Virus record (IMG/VR): IMGVR_UViG_3300045242_000161
Coordinates: 1-55,616 of that record
DNA from: a virus
Taxonomy: Duplodnaviria; Caudoviricetes
Strand: one strand, 5' to 3'
DNA: 55,616 bases
The translations under genes and the position numbers were made by a program. The notes under the pieces were generated by a model. That model saw only the letters and a list, made by a program, of their open reading frames with translations. It did no database searches and had not been told where the DNA came from. This document shows positions 44,926-54,753 of the stretch, piece after piece. How positions within the stretch are numbered: position 1 is the stretch's first letter; every line of letters starts with the position of its first letter.

Positions 44926-45906
44926 ATGGATCCCCTCAGCCACGAGTACTATGACGAATACGATGTTCAAGTACTGCGGGCTAATCCTGCGGTTGCTGCG
45001 GCACTTCGTGAAGATGCCGATACAATCTTCCTCGCTCGCCAACTCGACTATGTGCGCGCCAGCACATATAATCGGCAACTGCCCGCGATAAACGCCGATC
45101 GGCTCGTTCCGGACGATACTAGTGTCCCGGAATGGGCCGAGAATGTGTGGCAGTATGCCTATGATATGGTGGGTATGGCGAAAGTTATATCCAACTACGC
45201 AGATGATCTGCCGCGTGCCGATGTGCGGGCCACCAGTCGATCGGTGACCGTTAGGACCCTTGGCGATTCTTACGGCTACAACATCCAAGAACTGGCCGCT
45301 TCAAGGCAGACAGGTCAGGGCCTTGATGCCAGGAAGGCAGCAGCCGCTCGTCGGGCGATGGATCTCAAGATCGCCGACATCAAGTTGCGTGGTGATGCTA
45401 CCTACGGATTGTACGGACTGTTTACGCATCCGAACCTACCGGCGTTGGTTCTCACGAACGCGGGGGATTGGGGAGCTCTCACAGGTGACCAGATCCTTGC
45501 CAATCTGAACCAGTGGGTGGTAGCCTACCAGAGTCAGGTGAAGGGGACGCACACTCCTAACTACCTGGAATTGGCACCCAAAGCCTACAACGCCGCTTCG
45601 ACGAAATTCATCACGGGTGCCTCTGGTCTAACGCCGATTACTCCACTGCAATGGTTCCGAGCCAACTATCCAGGTATCACTGTCGAATACATCTGGGAGT
45701 TGCAGAATGCGGCAGTCAGTGCGACGAAGGATCTGGGACTACTCTATGAACGGAACGCAGATAACATCGCCCATGTGTTCGTGAAGCCGTTCACCCAACT
45801 GCCACCTGAGGCCCGGAACCTCGAGATCGTGACGGATTGTATCGCACGATCAGGTGGAGTGAATATCTTCTATCCGTTGGCGCTCCTGAGTGCTCTGACC
45901 ACCTAA
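44926..45906 (+). CDS. Major capsid protein (DUF2184, HK97 fold)
   Basis: FLARQL, ADDLPRAD, YGYNIQEL, GLFTHPN, RSGGV. Confidence 0.9.
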   Translation: MDPLSHEYYDEYDVQVLRANPAVAAALREDADTIFLARQLDYVRASTYNRQLPAINADRLVPDDTSVPEWAENVWQYAYDMVGMAKVISNYADDLPRADVRATSRSVTVRTLGDSYGYNIQELAASRQTGQGLDARKAAAARRAMDLKIADIKLRGDATYGLYGLFTHPNLPALVLTNAGDWGALTGDQILANLNQWVVAYQSQVKGTHTPNYLELAPKAYNAASTKFITGASGLTPITPLQWFRANYPGITVEYIWELQNAAVSATKDLGLLYERNADNIAHVFVKPFTQLPPEARNLEIVTDCIARSGGVNIFYPLALLSALTT

Positions 45907-45917
45907 GGAGGACGTAG

Positions 45918-46166
45918 ATGTATGCTCTTGTCAATAAGACTGAGCGGCTGATCACAACCCATCTTGGTGATCAACTGCCTCCTGGCCTTCCGGTGGCGGT
46001 ATCTGAGGTCACTATGGAACACCCAAGTATGCAGGCTCTGTCTGCAGAGGGTGCGGTTGAAGTGACGGAGATCCAGGACCCAGTTCCGCCGCCTCCTGAG
46101 CCAACACCTCCTCCAGAGACTCAAGAAGGGGGTTTGTCGATGCGGGTATCAGGCGCAGCCAGATGA
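45918..46166 (+). CDS. Small hypothetical head-associated protein
   Basis: RBS AAGGAGG; similar to the next ORF. Confidence 0.65.
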   Translation: MYALVNKTERLITTHLGDQLPPGLPVAVSEVTMEHPSMQALSAEGAVEVTEIQDPVPPPPEPTPPPETQEGGLSMRVSGAAR

Positions 46167-46474
46167 TGCTTCCTGATCCGACCACCCAACAACTCCTCAA
46201 TAGGTCTTTCCGGACCTACATGTTGTTGGGGAGACCGTTAATGCCACTCATCCCGGTGGACTATACTTTGGATGATTTGGCAGCTATGCTGGTTTGGCCG
46301 GATCTTCGCCGCGGCGTGTTCTTCTTGATACCGACTGACACGCCAGATGATCCTGGTCAGGATATTCGGATGATCCCTATATCAGTGATACAGGAGATGC
46401 GGTTTGAGGCGCAGACACCTCCCGATACTATGGAAGGGGGCCTTTCAGTCCAGATTCAAGAGACTAAGGCCTAA
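46163..46474 (+). CDS. Small hypothetical protein, apparent paralog of the preceding gene
   Basis: Shared TPP(E/D)TxEGGLS C-terminal motif. Confidence 0.6.
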   Translation: MMLPDPTTQQLLNRSFRTYMLLGRPLMPLIPVDYTLDDLAAMLVWPDLRRGVFFLIPTDTPDDPGQDIRMIPISVIQEMRFEAQTPPDTMEGGLSVQIQETKA

Positions 46475-47082
46475 TGTCATCGTCTAATACGTCTTTCTCT
46501 AGGACGACATGGGATGTGAATACTACATCCTGGGATCAGAAGTCGACGTTATGGGATTCTTTCTACACTCCGGAGCCTGACGACCCTACATACTGGGCAG
46601 ATGTAATAACTATCTTGAAGGTGTTCTTTCCTCAATACTTCAATCCTGAATCACCTTCCTATGTTGATCCCATAACTCTTGGTGCTCTTCTACTCATATC
46701 AGATGAAGCGAGACCGTGGTGCCTTTCTACAAGTCGTCAGAATCTTGCCCAGGCGATGTTTCTTGCCTACCTGATATCTGTTCAACAGGAGACGTCCTCT
46801 GGACAAAAGATCAATACGGTCTCCGGTCCTGTTACCATGGAGCGGGAAGGTGATATCGCGGTTACCTATGCGGACGCTTCAAAGAGTGGTGGCACTGTCT
46901 CGAAGCGGCCATCCTCGGATCCATGGGATGCCTGGAATCGCCTCTGGACGATCTGTTCCCGAGGAGCAATCACAACTCGATACGGTGATCCATGCCAGCC
47001 GGTAAAGTCATCGACACAGACCATGGGTGGCAAAGAATTAAGCGCGACATTAGTAAACTCAATGGCCACCAAGTTAAGATAG
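46474..47082 (+). CDS. Head-tail adaptor (DUF4054-like) with N-terminal Trp-Asp heptad repeats
   Basis: GPVTMEREGDIAVTY; synteny; TTWDVNTTSWDQKSTLWD. Confidence 0.65.
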   Translation: MSSSNTSFSRTTWDVNTTSWDQKSTLWDSFYTPEPDDPTYWADVITILKVFFPQYFNPESPSYVDPITLGALLLISDEARPWCLSTSRQNLAQAMFLAYLISVQQETSSGQKINTVSGPVTMEREGDIAVTYADASKSGGTVSKRPSSDPWDAWNRLWTICSRGAITTRYGDPCQPVKSSTQTMGGKELSATLVNSMATKLR

Positions 47083-47444
47083 GACTCTGGGGCAGTGAGA
47101 TGGCAGAAGGTGTCTCAGTTGTGGACTACGCTGTGTACAACGAGTTTGGCACTTCTCGCATACCAGCGCGTCCGTTTATGGCGCACACGTATGATACTCA
47201 GAAAGTTCAAGTAAACAAATTCATCGACTTCAATGTTGGTTTGATGGAGGACGGTAAATCGACGCCTGATCGTGTCTTGCGCGTGCTGGGAGAGGACTAC
47301 CAGGAGAGAGTGCGTAAAGTGATTCGTGACGCGAAGAATTGGGCGGAGCCTAATGCGGCTTCTACCGTCGCTGCTAAAGGATCTTCTTCACCGCTAATCG
47401 ACCATGGTCGAATGATTAACGCCGTCCGCTATGAGGTCTCATGA
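46992..47444 (+). CDS. Neck/tail-completion protein
   Basis: AVYNEFGT.RIPARPF, PNAASTVAAKGSSSPLIDHG. Confidence 0.8.
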   Translation: MPAGKVIDTDHGWQRIKRDISKLNGHQVKIGLWGSEMAEGVSVVDYAVYNEFGTSRIPARPFMAHTYDTQKVQVNKFIDFNVGLMEDGKSTPDRVLRVLGEDYQERVRKVIRDAKNWAEPNAASTVAAKGSSSPLIDHGRMINAVRYEVS

Positions 47445-47854
47445 GTACGTCGTTCCGCAGTTCCTATGAAGTAATTCAAAGGAATATCGGCACGATCGTG
47501 AATGGCAAGTATATGTTGGCCGAAGACTCAGGAGTCAAAACAACCATACAGGCCACTATCCAACAGCCTTCGGTTGGTGACCATGCCATAATCCAGGCTA
47601 CGCCCTATGGTAGAAGGGCGGCCAGGTTCATCAAAGTCTTTACTGATACCCGCCTTCATTGTGCGAATCAGGAGATCGCTCCTGGTCGGGAACGCTATCC
47701 TGGTGACATCATCCTATTCGATGGGTCGGAATACCTGTTGTTTGGAGAGTCTAACTTCAATGAGTTGAAGAAGACACGGGCTAACAATGTATCTCATTGG
47801 AGATACTACGCCTGTGAGACCATAGAGGATGCCTTTATGGACGAGGCTCCTTGA
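47441..47854 (+). CDS. Head-closure/neck protein
   Basis: IQATIQQ, IKVFT, DIILFDGSEY; synteny. Confidence 0.7.
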   Translation: MSTSFRSSYEVIQRNIGTIVNGKYMLAEDSGVKTTIQATIQQPSVGDHAIIQATPYGRRAARFIKVFTDTRLHCANQEIAPGRERYPGDIILFDGSEYLLFGESNFNELKKTRANNVSHWRYYACETIEDAFMDEAP

Positions 47855-48591
47855 TCGATCAGCTCTACCAGCTTGTGTCTGCTGCGGTTACGCAGGCAGG
47901 ATTCCCTTGGCAGGTAGTGTTTGCCAATCAAAATATCCCCCGACTGGTGAAGCCATACGTCCAGTTGAATGTTACAACGGTAGATGTCCCAGACCATCTC
48001 TACTATACGCTTCCAGACGATGAAGGAATTGTAACTACATCTGGATGGCGGAAAGCTACTGTAGAGATGCAGGTCTTCAACGGCATCAACTCGTTGAATA
48101 CAATCAGTCGATTGGCAATGATGTTACAGTCCACAGCAATGTTGGATAAACAGGCTGAACTGGACTGCTCAATCGGTCAACGTCTTTTCATGGGATACGT
48201 TCCTGAGCTCCTTAACAATTCCCAGTATGAAGGTCGTGGTATCTACCATTTCGAATTCTTCTATACAGAGTCCTTGTCTGAGAAGGTAGATACTATTGAT
48301 ATAATAGAGACTCATGGACAGTTTATCGGGACCCATAGTGATGCTGATCCGTATGTGATATTTGATCCGAATCCATTGAATGTTGATATTATATGTGACG
48401 AAGAAATCTTTGGTCCCGACGCGGATGGGACAGGGACCGATTGGGACGACGGTAATACAGGTTGGGATAAGGACGACATTACAGGATGGGATGATCAGTT
48501 GTATCTAGGTCCTGAGATAGATTGGGACGATGATACAACGACATGGGATGATAATACTGTGACATGGCATGATGAGTTTCATAATGGCTAA
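47851..48591 (+). CDS. Tail terminator protein with acidic Trp-Asp repeat extension
   Basis: VVFANQNIPRLVKPY, YEGRG; synteny before sheath; C-terminal W-D repeats. Confidence 0.75.
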   Translation: MIDQLYQLVSAAVTQAGFPWQVVFANQNIPRLVKPYVQLNVTTVDVPDHLYYTLPDDEGIVTTSGWRKATVEMQVFNGINSLNTISRLAMMLQSTAMLDKQAELDCSIGQRLFMGYVPELLNNSQYEGRGIYHFEFFYTESLSEKVDTIDIIETHGQFIGTHSDADPYVIFDPNPLNVDIICDEEIFGPDADGTGTDWDDGNTGWDKDDITGWDDQLYLGPEIDWDDDTTTWDDNTVTWHDEFHNG

Positions 48592-48757
48592 CATTATGAA
48601 TCGCATCGTCAAAGTTGACATATTTCTACAGGCGGAAGGAAGTTATCCCAGTGGCCCTATTCCCCCATTCGCTGTTGGAGAGAAAATTACTTGGGATGAG
48701 TCTACTACGAAGTGGGATGACGATACCACAGAATGGTATGAACCTGACGGGAGGTAG
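48584..48757 (+). CDS. Mini-protein duplicating the sheath N-terminal arm, plus Trp-Asp repeats
   Basis: MANIMNRIVKVDIFLQ versus sheath MANIDRIVNVEISLQ; first 12 nt identical. Confidence 0.65.
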   Translation: MANIMNRIVKVDIFLQAEGSYPSGPIPPFAVGEKITWDESTTKWDDDTTEWYEPDGR

Positions 48758-48759
48758 TC

Positions 48760-49863
48760 ATGGCTAACATTGATCGGATTGTTAACGTCGAAATCTCACT
48801 TCAGACGGCGGCGATCGCAGAGAACACGTTTTCGGATCTACTCCTATACGGTCCGTTCACCAAGGTTGGTACGTCCACAGTAGGGATCATCACCAGTCCC
48901 CAGGACTTGGTCGATACGTATGGAGTATTGACAACGGCTCCGCTCTACAAAGCAGCATCAACTGCGTTCGCTCAAATCCCAAGTCTCAATCGTATCTTCA
49001 TCGGTTGGGATGATGCGGCACTTGATGCAACGGTTGCGTTGAACAATATCAAAGCTGAGAATAACAGTTGGTATGCGTTCTGCGATGTGAGTCATCTCAA
49101 TACACGAACGTTGAAGATGGCGCAATGGGCAGAAGCCAATGAGAAACTCTACGTCACCTGCCTTAACGATCCGAATACAGCCGCTGTATCTCCTGGAACA
49201 GATACGATTAGTGTCGCACATCAGTTGATGCAGGGACAGTACTTCCGGACGGCTTGGTGGTACGACCCAATCTTAACTGATTTCCCGGATGTTGCGATAG
49301 CTGTGCATTCGTTCAGTAAGTATCCCGGACAAGAAACTTGGGCCAATCAACAGTTACAGGGAGTGCCATGGGTCCCGATGACAGAGACCCAAGCACAGAA
49401 TGTATTCGGAAAGAACGGTAATACGTTCGAACAATTCCGAAATGTCGCAATCACTCAGAATGGTAAGGTCTCTGGGGGTGAGTGGATCGACATCATCCGG
49501 TTCCGGGATTGGTTGTGTGAAGAGATCAAAGTCAACATCTTTCAACAGATGATTGATAACCGCATCCCATACACCGACCATGGTATCGGTGTCATCAGAA
49601 GTCGTCTTGCAGAGTCACTTGATTTTGGTGTTAGACGGGGTGGGATAGCGCCTCCGGAAGTCGATATCAATGGTAAGTTGATTCCAAGTTACACTATTGA
49701 AGTTCCGTTGGCAGCGACAGTGTCCGCCAATAACAAAGCTAACCGCCTTCTGCAGGATGTATATTTCACGGCAAGAGTGGCTGGTGCTATCCATGTGGTA
49801 GAGATCCAGGGTGCTCTGACGTACCAGAGTCTCCCAGTGGCATCCGTTCCCGTCATCGCATAA
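48760..49863 (+). CDS. Tail sheath protein (DUF3383-like)
   Basis: PGQETW, GEWIDIIRFRDWL, IPYTDHG, AGAIHVVEIQG. Confidence 0.92.
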   Translation: MANIDRIVNVEISLQTAAIAENTFSDLLLYGPFTKVGTSTVGIITSPQDLVDTYGVLTTAPLYKAASTAFAQIPSLNRIFIGWDDAALDATVALNNIKAENNSWYAFCDVSHLNTRTLKMAQWAEANEKLYVTCLNDPNTAAVSPGTDTISVAHQLMQGQYFRTAWWYDPILTDFPDVAIAVHSFSKYPGQETWANQQLQGVPWVPMTETQAQNVFGKNGNTFEQFRNVAITQNGKVSGGEWIDIIRFRDWLCEEIKVNIFQQMIDNRIPYTDHGIGVIRSRLAESLDFGVRRGGIAPPEVDINGKLIPSYTIEVPLAATVSANNKANRLLQDVYFTARVAGAIHVVEIQGALTYQSLPVASVPVIA

Positions 49864-49872
49864 GAGGTCTAG

Positions 49873-50313
49873 ATGTCAACTGTCAGAACATACAATCCGT
49901 CGCGTGTCGTGGTTGTGGTCGGTGGTTTTCCTGTAAGCGGATTCGCCGATGGGGCCTTTGTAGATATCGTCATGCCGAGTGACGGTATCACATCTCAGGT
50001 TGGAGCGGACGGTGAGATTGCTCGTGCGATCAACTCCGACCGCAGGTGCACTGTCACGATCACACTCCAGCAGACGAGTCCTGCAAATGACTTTTTGTCA
50101 GTGTTGTTTAATACTGATATCTTGACGTGCGGGGCGACGATGGTGCCTGTTCTCATCCAAGATCTTTGCGGTGAGACGATATTCATGGCATCGCAGGCAT
50201 GGGTAGTAAAGATGCCCGACACGCAGTTCTCAAAGGAGGTGACCACACGTGCATGGCAGTTGATGACAGGAGCTCCAGCCGTTCATGTTGTCGGAGGGAA
50301 CTCTTTCAATTAA
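49873..50313 (+). CDS. Tail tube protein (DUF3277-like)
   Basis: TYNP, VGADGE, TITLQQTSPANDFL. Confidence 0.88.
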   Translation: MSTVRTYNPSRVVVVVGGFPVSGFADGAFVDIVMPSDGITSQVGADGEIARAINSDRRCTVTITLQQTSPANDFLSVLFNTDILTCGATMVPVLIQDLCGETIFMASQAWVVKMPDTQFSKEVTTRAWQLMTGAPAVHVVGGNSFN

Positions 50314-50324
50314 TGGGGTAACGT

Positions 50325-50780
50325 ATGCCACCACCAGGACGGACCGAATTCGTATTGGATAACGGAAACAAGTTCTACATCCGACGCTACGACGCTTTCT
50401 TGTCTTTGAAAATCTTGGGAGAGGTACAGAAGAAATTCTTGTCTCCTTTGGCTTCGTTCTTGGAGGCCCAAGATAAGACAGGTGGCGGTGACGCACAGAT
50501 GAAGAGTATGTTCGATGCTGTTGATAAGATCTCACGGAGCCTCGATGGAGACAACCTAGTTGATCTTACGAAACAGGTATTGAATCCAGAATATATCTCT
50601 GTATCTTACCAAGGAGAACCAGCTGTTCAGTTGCAGGAAGGAATGCTGAATCAGGCAACTGATGGAGTATACGACGTGATTGCATTGGTGGTTGAAGTGT
50701 TGAAAGTAAACTACCAAGAGCTTTTTACGCGAGGCAGAACCCTTATTGGGATGGCCCCAGGAGCTACGGCGATCCATTAG
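50325..50780 (+). CDS. Tail assembly chaperone
   Basis: Between tube and tape measure; ends LKVNYQELF. Confidence 0.8.
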   Translation: MPPPGRTEFVLDNGNKFYIRRYDAFLSLKILGEVQKKFLSPLASFLEAQDKTGGGDAQMKSMFDAVDKISRSLDGDNLVDLTKQVLNPEYISVSYQGEPAVQLQEGMLNQATDGVYDVIALVVEVLKVNYQELFTRGRTLIGMAPGATAIH

Positions 50781-50959
50781 GTGTTCTGCGGGAGGATTTC
50801 GAGGCGGAACTATTGATATGGCGACCGGTATTGGAAGGGAAGGTGAGTCTAGCGGATGTGAAGAGCGGAGCGATAGACATCATCGACCTGATGAAGATCA
50901 ACGCTTTGATGGATATGCGGGCTGCGGCTGAAAAGAGGGAATACGACAAGTCTAAGTAA
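50696..50959 (+). CDS. -1 frame extension of tail assembly chaperone (G-T type frameshift product)
   Basis: Open -1 frame from 50696 to TAA 50957-50959 encoding ...LREDFEAELLIWRPVLEGKVSLADVKSG...; T-run CTTTTT at 50721-50726. Confidence 0.65.
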   Translation, partial: SVESKLPRAFYARQNPYWDGPRSYGDPLGVLREDFEAELLIWRPVLEGKVSLADVKSGAIDIIDLMKINALMDMRAAAEKREYDKSK

Positions 50960-52797
50960 TGGCAATCGTTAGAGAACTTACGACCGTCCTAGACTTTAAG
51001 GAGGACATGGCTGGCCTCAACCGCTATGAGGCCGGGGTGAATCGTATTAAGGAGATTACGAAGGGCATCCTTAGTGCGGTCGGGCTAACACTCGCTCTTG
51101 ATAAGATCATCGAATTCGCTGACGAGCTCGTCAAAACCGGAAAGGAAGTAAACCGCCTATCTGCACAGTTGAAGGTGCTCGCAAGGCCCTTCGATGATAT
51201 GGACGAAGCCCAGCAGCAGGTCTTTGAAGGTGCCCAGAGAATGGGCCTGGAGTATAAGGAAGTACTCGAAACCTTCAAGGGAATGTACACGGAACTTCGT
51301 GGCACAACTACACCTTTGGGGGAGATAGAAGACGCTACTGAAAATATCTACAAAGCCTTGCGTGTTGGTCGTGCGTCTGCAGAAGAGATGCACCAGACGT
51401 TTCAGATGCTTGAGCGAGGGTTTCGTCGCGGTGGAATCCGCTCTATGGGCATTGGTGCCCTTGCACAGTTGGCGCCACGAGCCTTTGATATCCTGGGAGA
51501 ACAGCTGGTAGGAGGTGACCGATCGAGATGGGAACACGGCCTTCGGGAGATGGCCAAGGAGGGGAAACTAACTGCTGAGGTGGTGATTGGTGCTTTCAGC
51601 AGAGGGAGTAAGACCTTACAAGATGACTTTGAGAAGGTGCCTCAGAAATTAGGCTGGGTATTCACCCGCATCTACAATGACCTTGTGAAGGTCACTGCCC
51701 AGATCTACAAGATGACGGATGCATCTGTAGCCCTGGGCCGTGTTGTTTGGTTCGTGTATTCGAGGTTCCGGGATGTCGTTGTCAGAGTAACTGACGCGAT
51801 GGGCGGTCTCAAGAATATAATTGAGATCGTAGGGATTGCGATCGCTACGTATCTGGTACGTAATCTTTTACTCTTGAACCTCCGGACATGGGCGGTTGTA
51901 TTCGCAAACCTTGCGTTAATCGCCACCTATGCTGCGATGGCGTTAGCTGTTGTTGCTGTGGCGGTTGCGATCCAGGATCTGTTCTACTGGTTTATGGGGA
52001 AGCCAAGTCTGTTGGCGACTTGGATCGGTCCGTTCAAAGACCTCAAAAAGAATTTCGAGACCCTCGACATTTTCGCTGGACCTCGAGCCCTGAAAGAGTT
52101 GTTCACAGGAGACTTTACAGGTGCCTGGAGGGACCTTAAGAAGGTGTTTACTGAGGTAGACGCTGGGATGTTGGCTTTGATTGGTACTGCTGCCTTTGTG
52201 AAATTGGCGTTCACTGCGTGGAACATCCTCAAGTTCACAGGGTTGATCGGTGCGATCGGAGAGGTCGGTGGAGCAATAACCGCGTTGACTACTACTATTC
52301 AGACTCTCAATACAACTTCTTTGGTGACATTGGCGGGTCAGTTCGGGGGCATACTCCTGTTGACCCAACAACTACTCGCCTTATGGCAGTCATCCAAGGA
52401 CATGGCAGGAGATCCCTCGAAATGGTCGAAAGAGTCTCCATTCTGGAGAGGGATACCCCAGGAAGAACGGAACAAATGGCCCAATGCTCCAAAAGAAGGA
52501 GACACTGATCCTGGTAGAAGTTGGCTGTGGGATACATTGAAGGGGTTTGTTACAGGCGGTGGAACACCTACTGTTGCCCCTGGGGCGATAGGATCCGGAG
52601 GAGGAGGGTCTCCAATCATTACTCCTCAGGGCAACGTCACACTTAACAACACCAACAACGTAACTGTTCAGGCAGGTGAAGCAGAACTAGCCGCACAGAT
52701 CCAGAATACAATCCAGCGGATGAATAACGACATGGTAGACCGTGTCTCCCGTGAGGTCTCAAGTGCCACTCCTCGAATTGAGTCGCCCATCAGATGA
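50959..52797 (+). CDS. Tape measure protein
   Basis: MAIVRELTTVL start, helical/amphipathic repeats, LREMAKEGKLTAE; synteny. Confidence 0.88.
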   Translation: MAIVRELTTVLDFKEDMAGLNRYEAGVNRIKEITKGILSAVGLTLALDKIIEFADELVKTGKEVNRLSAQLKVLARPFDDMDEAQQQVFEGAQRMGLEYKEVLETFKGMYTELRGTTTPLGEIEDATENIYKALRVGRASAEEMHQTFQMLERGFRRGGIRSMGIGALAQLAPRAFDILGEQLVGGDRSRWEHGLREMAKEGKLTAEVVIGAFSRGSKTLQDDFEKVPQKLGWVFTRIYNDLVKVTAQIYKMTDASVALGRVVWFVYSRFRDVVVRVTDAMGGLKNIIEIVGIAIATYLVRNLLLLNLRTWAVVFANLALIATYAAMALAVVAVAVAIQDLFYWFMGKPSLLATWIGPFKDLKKNFETLDIFAGPRALKELFTGDFTGAWRDLKKVFTEVDAGMLALIGTAAFVKLAFTAWNILKFTGLIGAIGEVGGAITALTTTIQTLNTTSLVTLAGQFGGILLLTQQLLALWQSSKDMAGDPSKWSKESPFWRGIPQEERNKWPNAPKEGDTDPGRSWLWDTLKGFVTGGGTPTVAPGAIGSGGGGSPIITPQGNVTLNNTNNVTVQAGEAELAAQIQNTIQRMNNDMVDRVSREVSSATPRIESPIR

Positions 52798-53435
52798 GTG
52801 GCCTCATCAGCAAGGCGACGTCGTTTCTATTCCCCATGCCGCAGAGCAAGATTGGCGTGTTAACTATTGATGCCCTGGTAACAGAGAACATTAAACTACC
52901 CTCCGAAGTGACGAAGTATCCTGTAGAAGATGGCAGTGAGGAGATCAGCGACCACATTACTGCGAACAATGAAGAGTTGACGATAACAGCATCGGTTGCG
53001 TCAGGAACTGCGTATGGATTTGAGCTTGGGTCTTGTAAGTCGAAACTCATCAATGCGGTTGATCAGCTTCGCCAGATGCACAAAGACCGGAAGACCATTA
53101 CCATAGTAACTGGTCTCGGTCAATACAAGGACATGGCCTTCACCAACCTTACCATCAACCGATCGAATAGTGATCGTGGCGGTGGATGGTTAGATGTTAA
53201 CGCGGACCTTCGGAAGATTAAGAAGGTTACTCTAAAGACGGCGGATCTTCCAGCGGATAAGGCGGCTACAGGTCCAGGAGGAGCAGACGGAAAGACCGGA
53301 AAGTCAGAAGCTAGGACAAGTAAGTCGGGAACATCATCACAAACACCAGGAGGATCGGCTGCGTTGAATGGTGCAGAAACCCTGCGCGATAAGACCGGAT
53401 TCAGCGGTGCTATTGGACCTCAGCCGTCAAGTTAA
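52794..53435 (+). CDS. Tail tube initiator / Dit-like baseplate protein
   Basis: VTKYPVEDGS..ISDH, ITIVTGLGQYKDM. Confidence 0.8.
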   Translation: MSGLISKATSFLFPMPQSKIGVLTIDALVTENIKLPSEVTKYPVEDGSEEISDHITANNEELTITASVASGTAYGFELGSCKSKLINAVDQLRQMHKDRKTITIVTGLGQYKDMAFTNLTINRSNSDRGGGWLDVNADLRKIKKVTLKTADLPADKAATGPGGADGKTGKSEARTSKSGTSSQTPGGSAALNGAETLRDKTGFSGAIGPQPSS

Positions 53436-53785
53436 TGATAGTCCTTGAAGTAGCCGATTTGAACTCGCAGGCGATAGAAGCAGTGCTCGATGATGAGCTG
53501 TTCTACATCATCTTGGATTGGAATGATTCTGGCGGATATTGGGAGATGGGTATTCGCAATTCTGCGTATCAGACTCTTGTAGATGGTGTTAGCCTTGTTC
53601 CTAACTATCCACTTACTTGGCAGTTCCGATACACAGATATGCCGCAAGGAGAGTTGATGGCACTATCAGCTAACCGCGGACACGATGGACCGATACCACG
53701 TGATGGATTTTCAACGCAGTATTGGCAGTTGGTGTATACGCCTAAGGATGAGCTCGTGGTGATTGGTGTAGGGCAACAATACTGA
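53435..53785 (+). CDS. Small baseplate hub/plug protein
   Basis: LDWNDSGGYWEMGI, GVSLVP; synteny. Confidence 0.7.
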   Translation: MIVLEVADLNSQAIEAVLDDELFYIILDWNDSGGYWEMGIRNSAYQTLVDGVSLVPNYPLTWQFRYTDMPQGELMALSANRGHDGPIPRDGFSTQYWQLVYTPKDELVVIGVGQQY

Positions 53786-54753
53786 TGCTCTTCGACCGGG
53801 TCTATAAGCTGCTCATCGGCCAAGGGAATTCCGGTCTGGAGATTACTAACCTGAAGATACAGTTCGAGATCGAGAAGACGGCAAAGAAGAATCCGAACAC
53901 CAATAAGATCCGCGTCTGGAATCTGAGGAAAGAGACCCGTGCACAGTTAGAGAAGCCGGATACGCGGTGTCTGTTGTATGCGGGTTACGCAGAAGAGGCA
54001 GGACCATTACTGATATTCCAAGGTGGAGTGACCTATGCCTGGACGAAGTTCGATGGGCCGGACGTCGTTACAGAGTTTGAAGTGGGAGACGGGACCCAAG
54101 AGATCCGCGATTCGATGGTATCAATGGGCTATGGTAAGGGCGTTAAGTCAGGTCAGATACTCAAGGATGTTTCTGAGAAGATGGGGCTCCCGTTGACGTT
54201 ACCGTCCAACGCTCCTGAGCGGTCCTGGATAAATGGACTCTCATACTTTGGGTCGGCTAGAACACTGCTCGACAAGGTGACGAAAGCCACGAACCTTGAA
54301 TGGTCGGTTCAAAATGGTAACCTCCAGGTCCTTGAAAAAGGAATGGTGACTACGCGACAGGGTGTAGAGATCGCACTTGACTCTGGGATGGTAGGGTATC
54401 CCGAGCGTGAGCGTGAGGCGAAGGCAGAGACTACCAGCAAGAAGAAGTCGGGAGCCGCCCAGAAACAGTGGGATGGTTGGAAGGTGAAGACTCTTCTGAT
54501 GCCCCAGTTGAATCCTGGAGATCGTGTCCATCTGAAGTCTCGTGCCGTTGACGGTGTCTTTCGGATTGAAGAACTCAAACATACTGGGGACAACTGGGAG
54601 GCAGATTGGCAGACCGAATTGAAGTTGGTGGATCCTGCGAAGCCGATCGGCGGTAAGTCTTCAACGAAGGGCGGCAAAACCGCAAGAGGGACACCTGTTG
54701 CGAAGCATGAAGAATTCGTGAGTGAGTCTGGAGAGGGAAGGTTTTTACAGTAG
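53785..54753 (+). CDS. Baseplate hub protein
   Basis: IRVWNL, LYAGY, WSVQNG, SGMVGYP, HTGDN. Confidence 0.85.
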   Translation: MLFDRVYKLLIGQGNSGLEITNLKIQFEIEKTAKKNPNTNKIRVWNLRKETRAQLEKPDTRCLLYAGYAEEAGPLLIFQGGVTYAWTKFDGPDVVTEFEVGDGTQEIRDSMVSMGYGKGVKSGQILKDVSEKMGLPLTLPSNAPERSWINGLSYFGSARTLLDKVTKATNLEWSVQNGNLQVLEKGMVTTRQGVEIALDSGMVGYPEREREAKAETTSKKKSGAAQKQWDGWKVKTLLMPQLNPGDRVHLKSRAVDGVFRIEELKHTGDNWEADWQTELKLVDPAKPIGGKSSTKGGKTARGTPVAKHEEFVSESGEGRFLQ

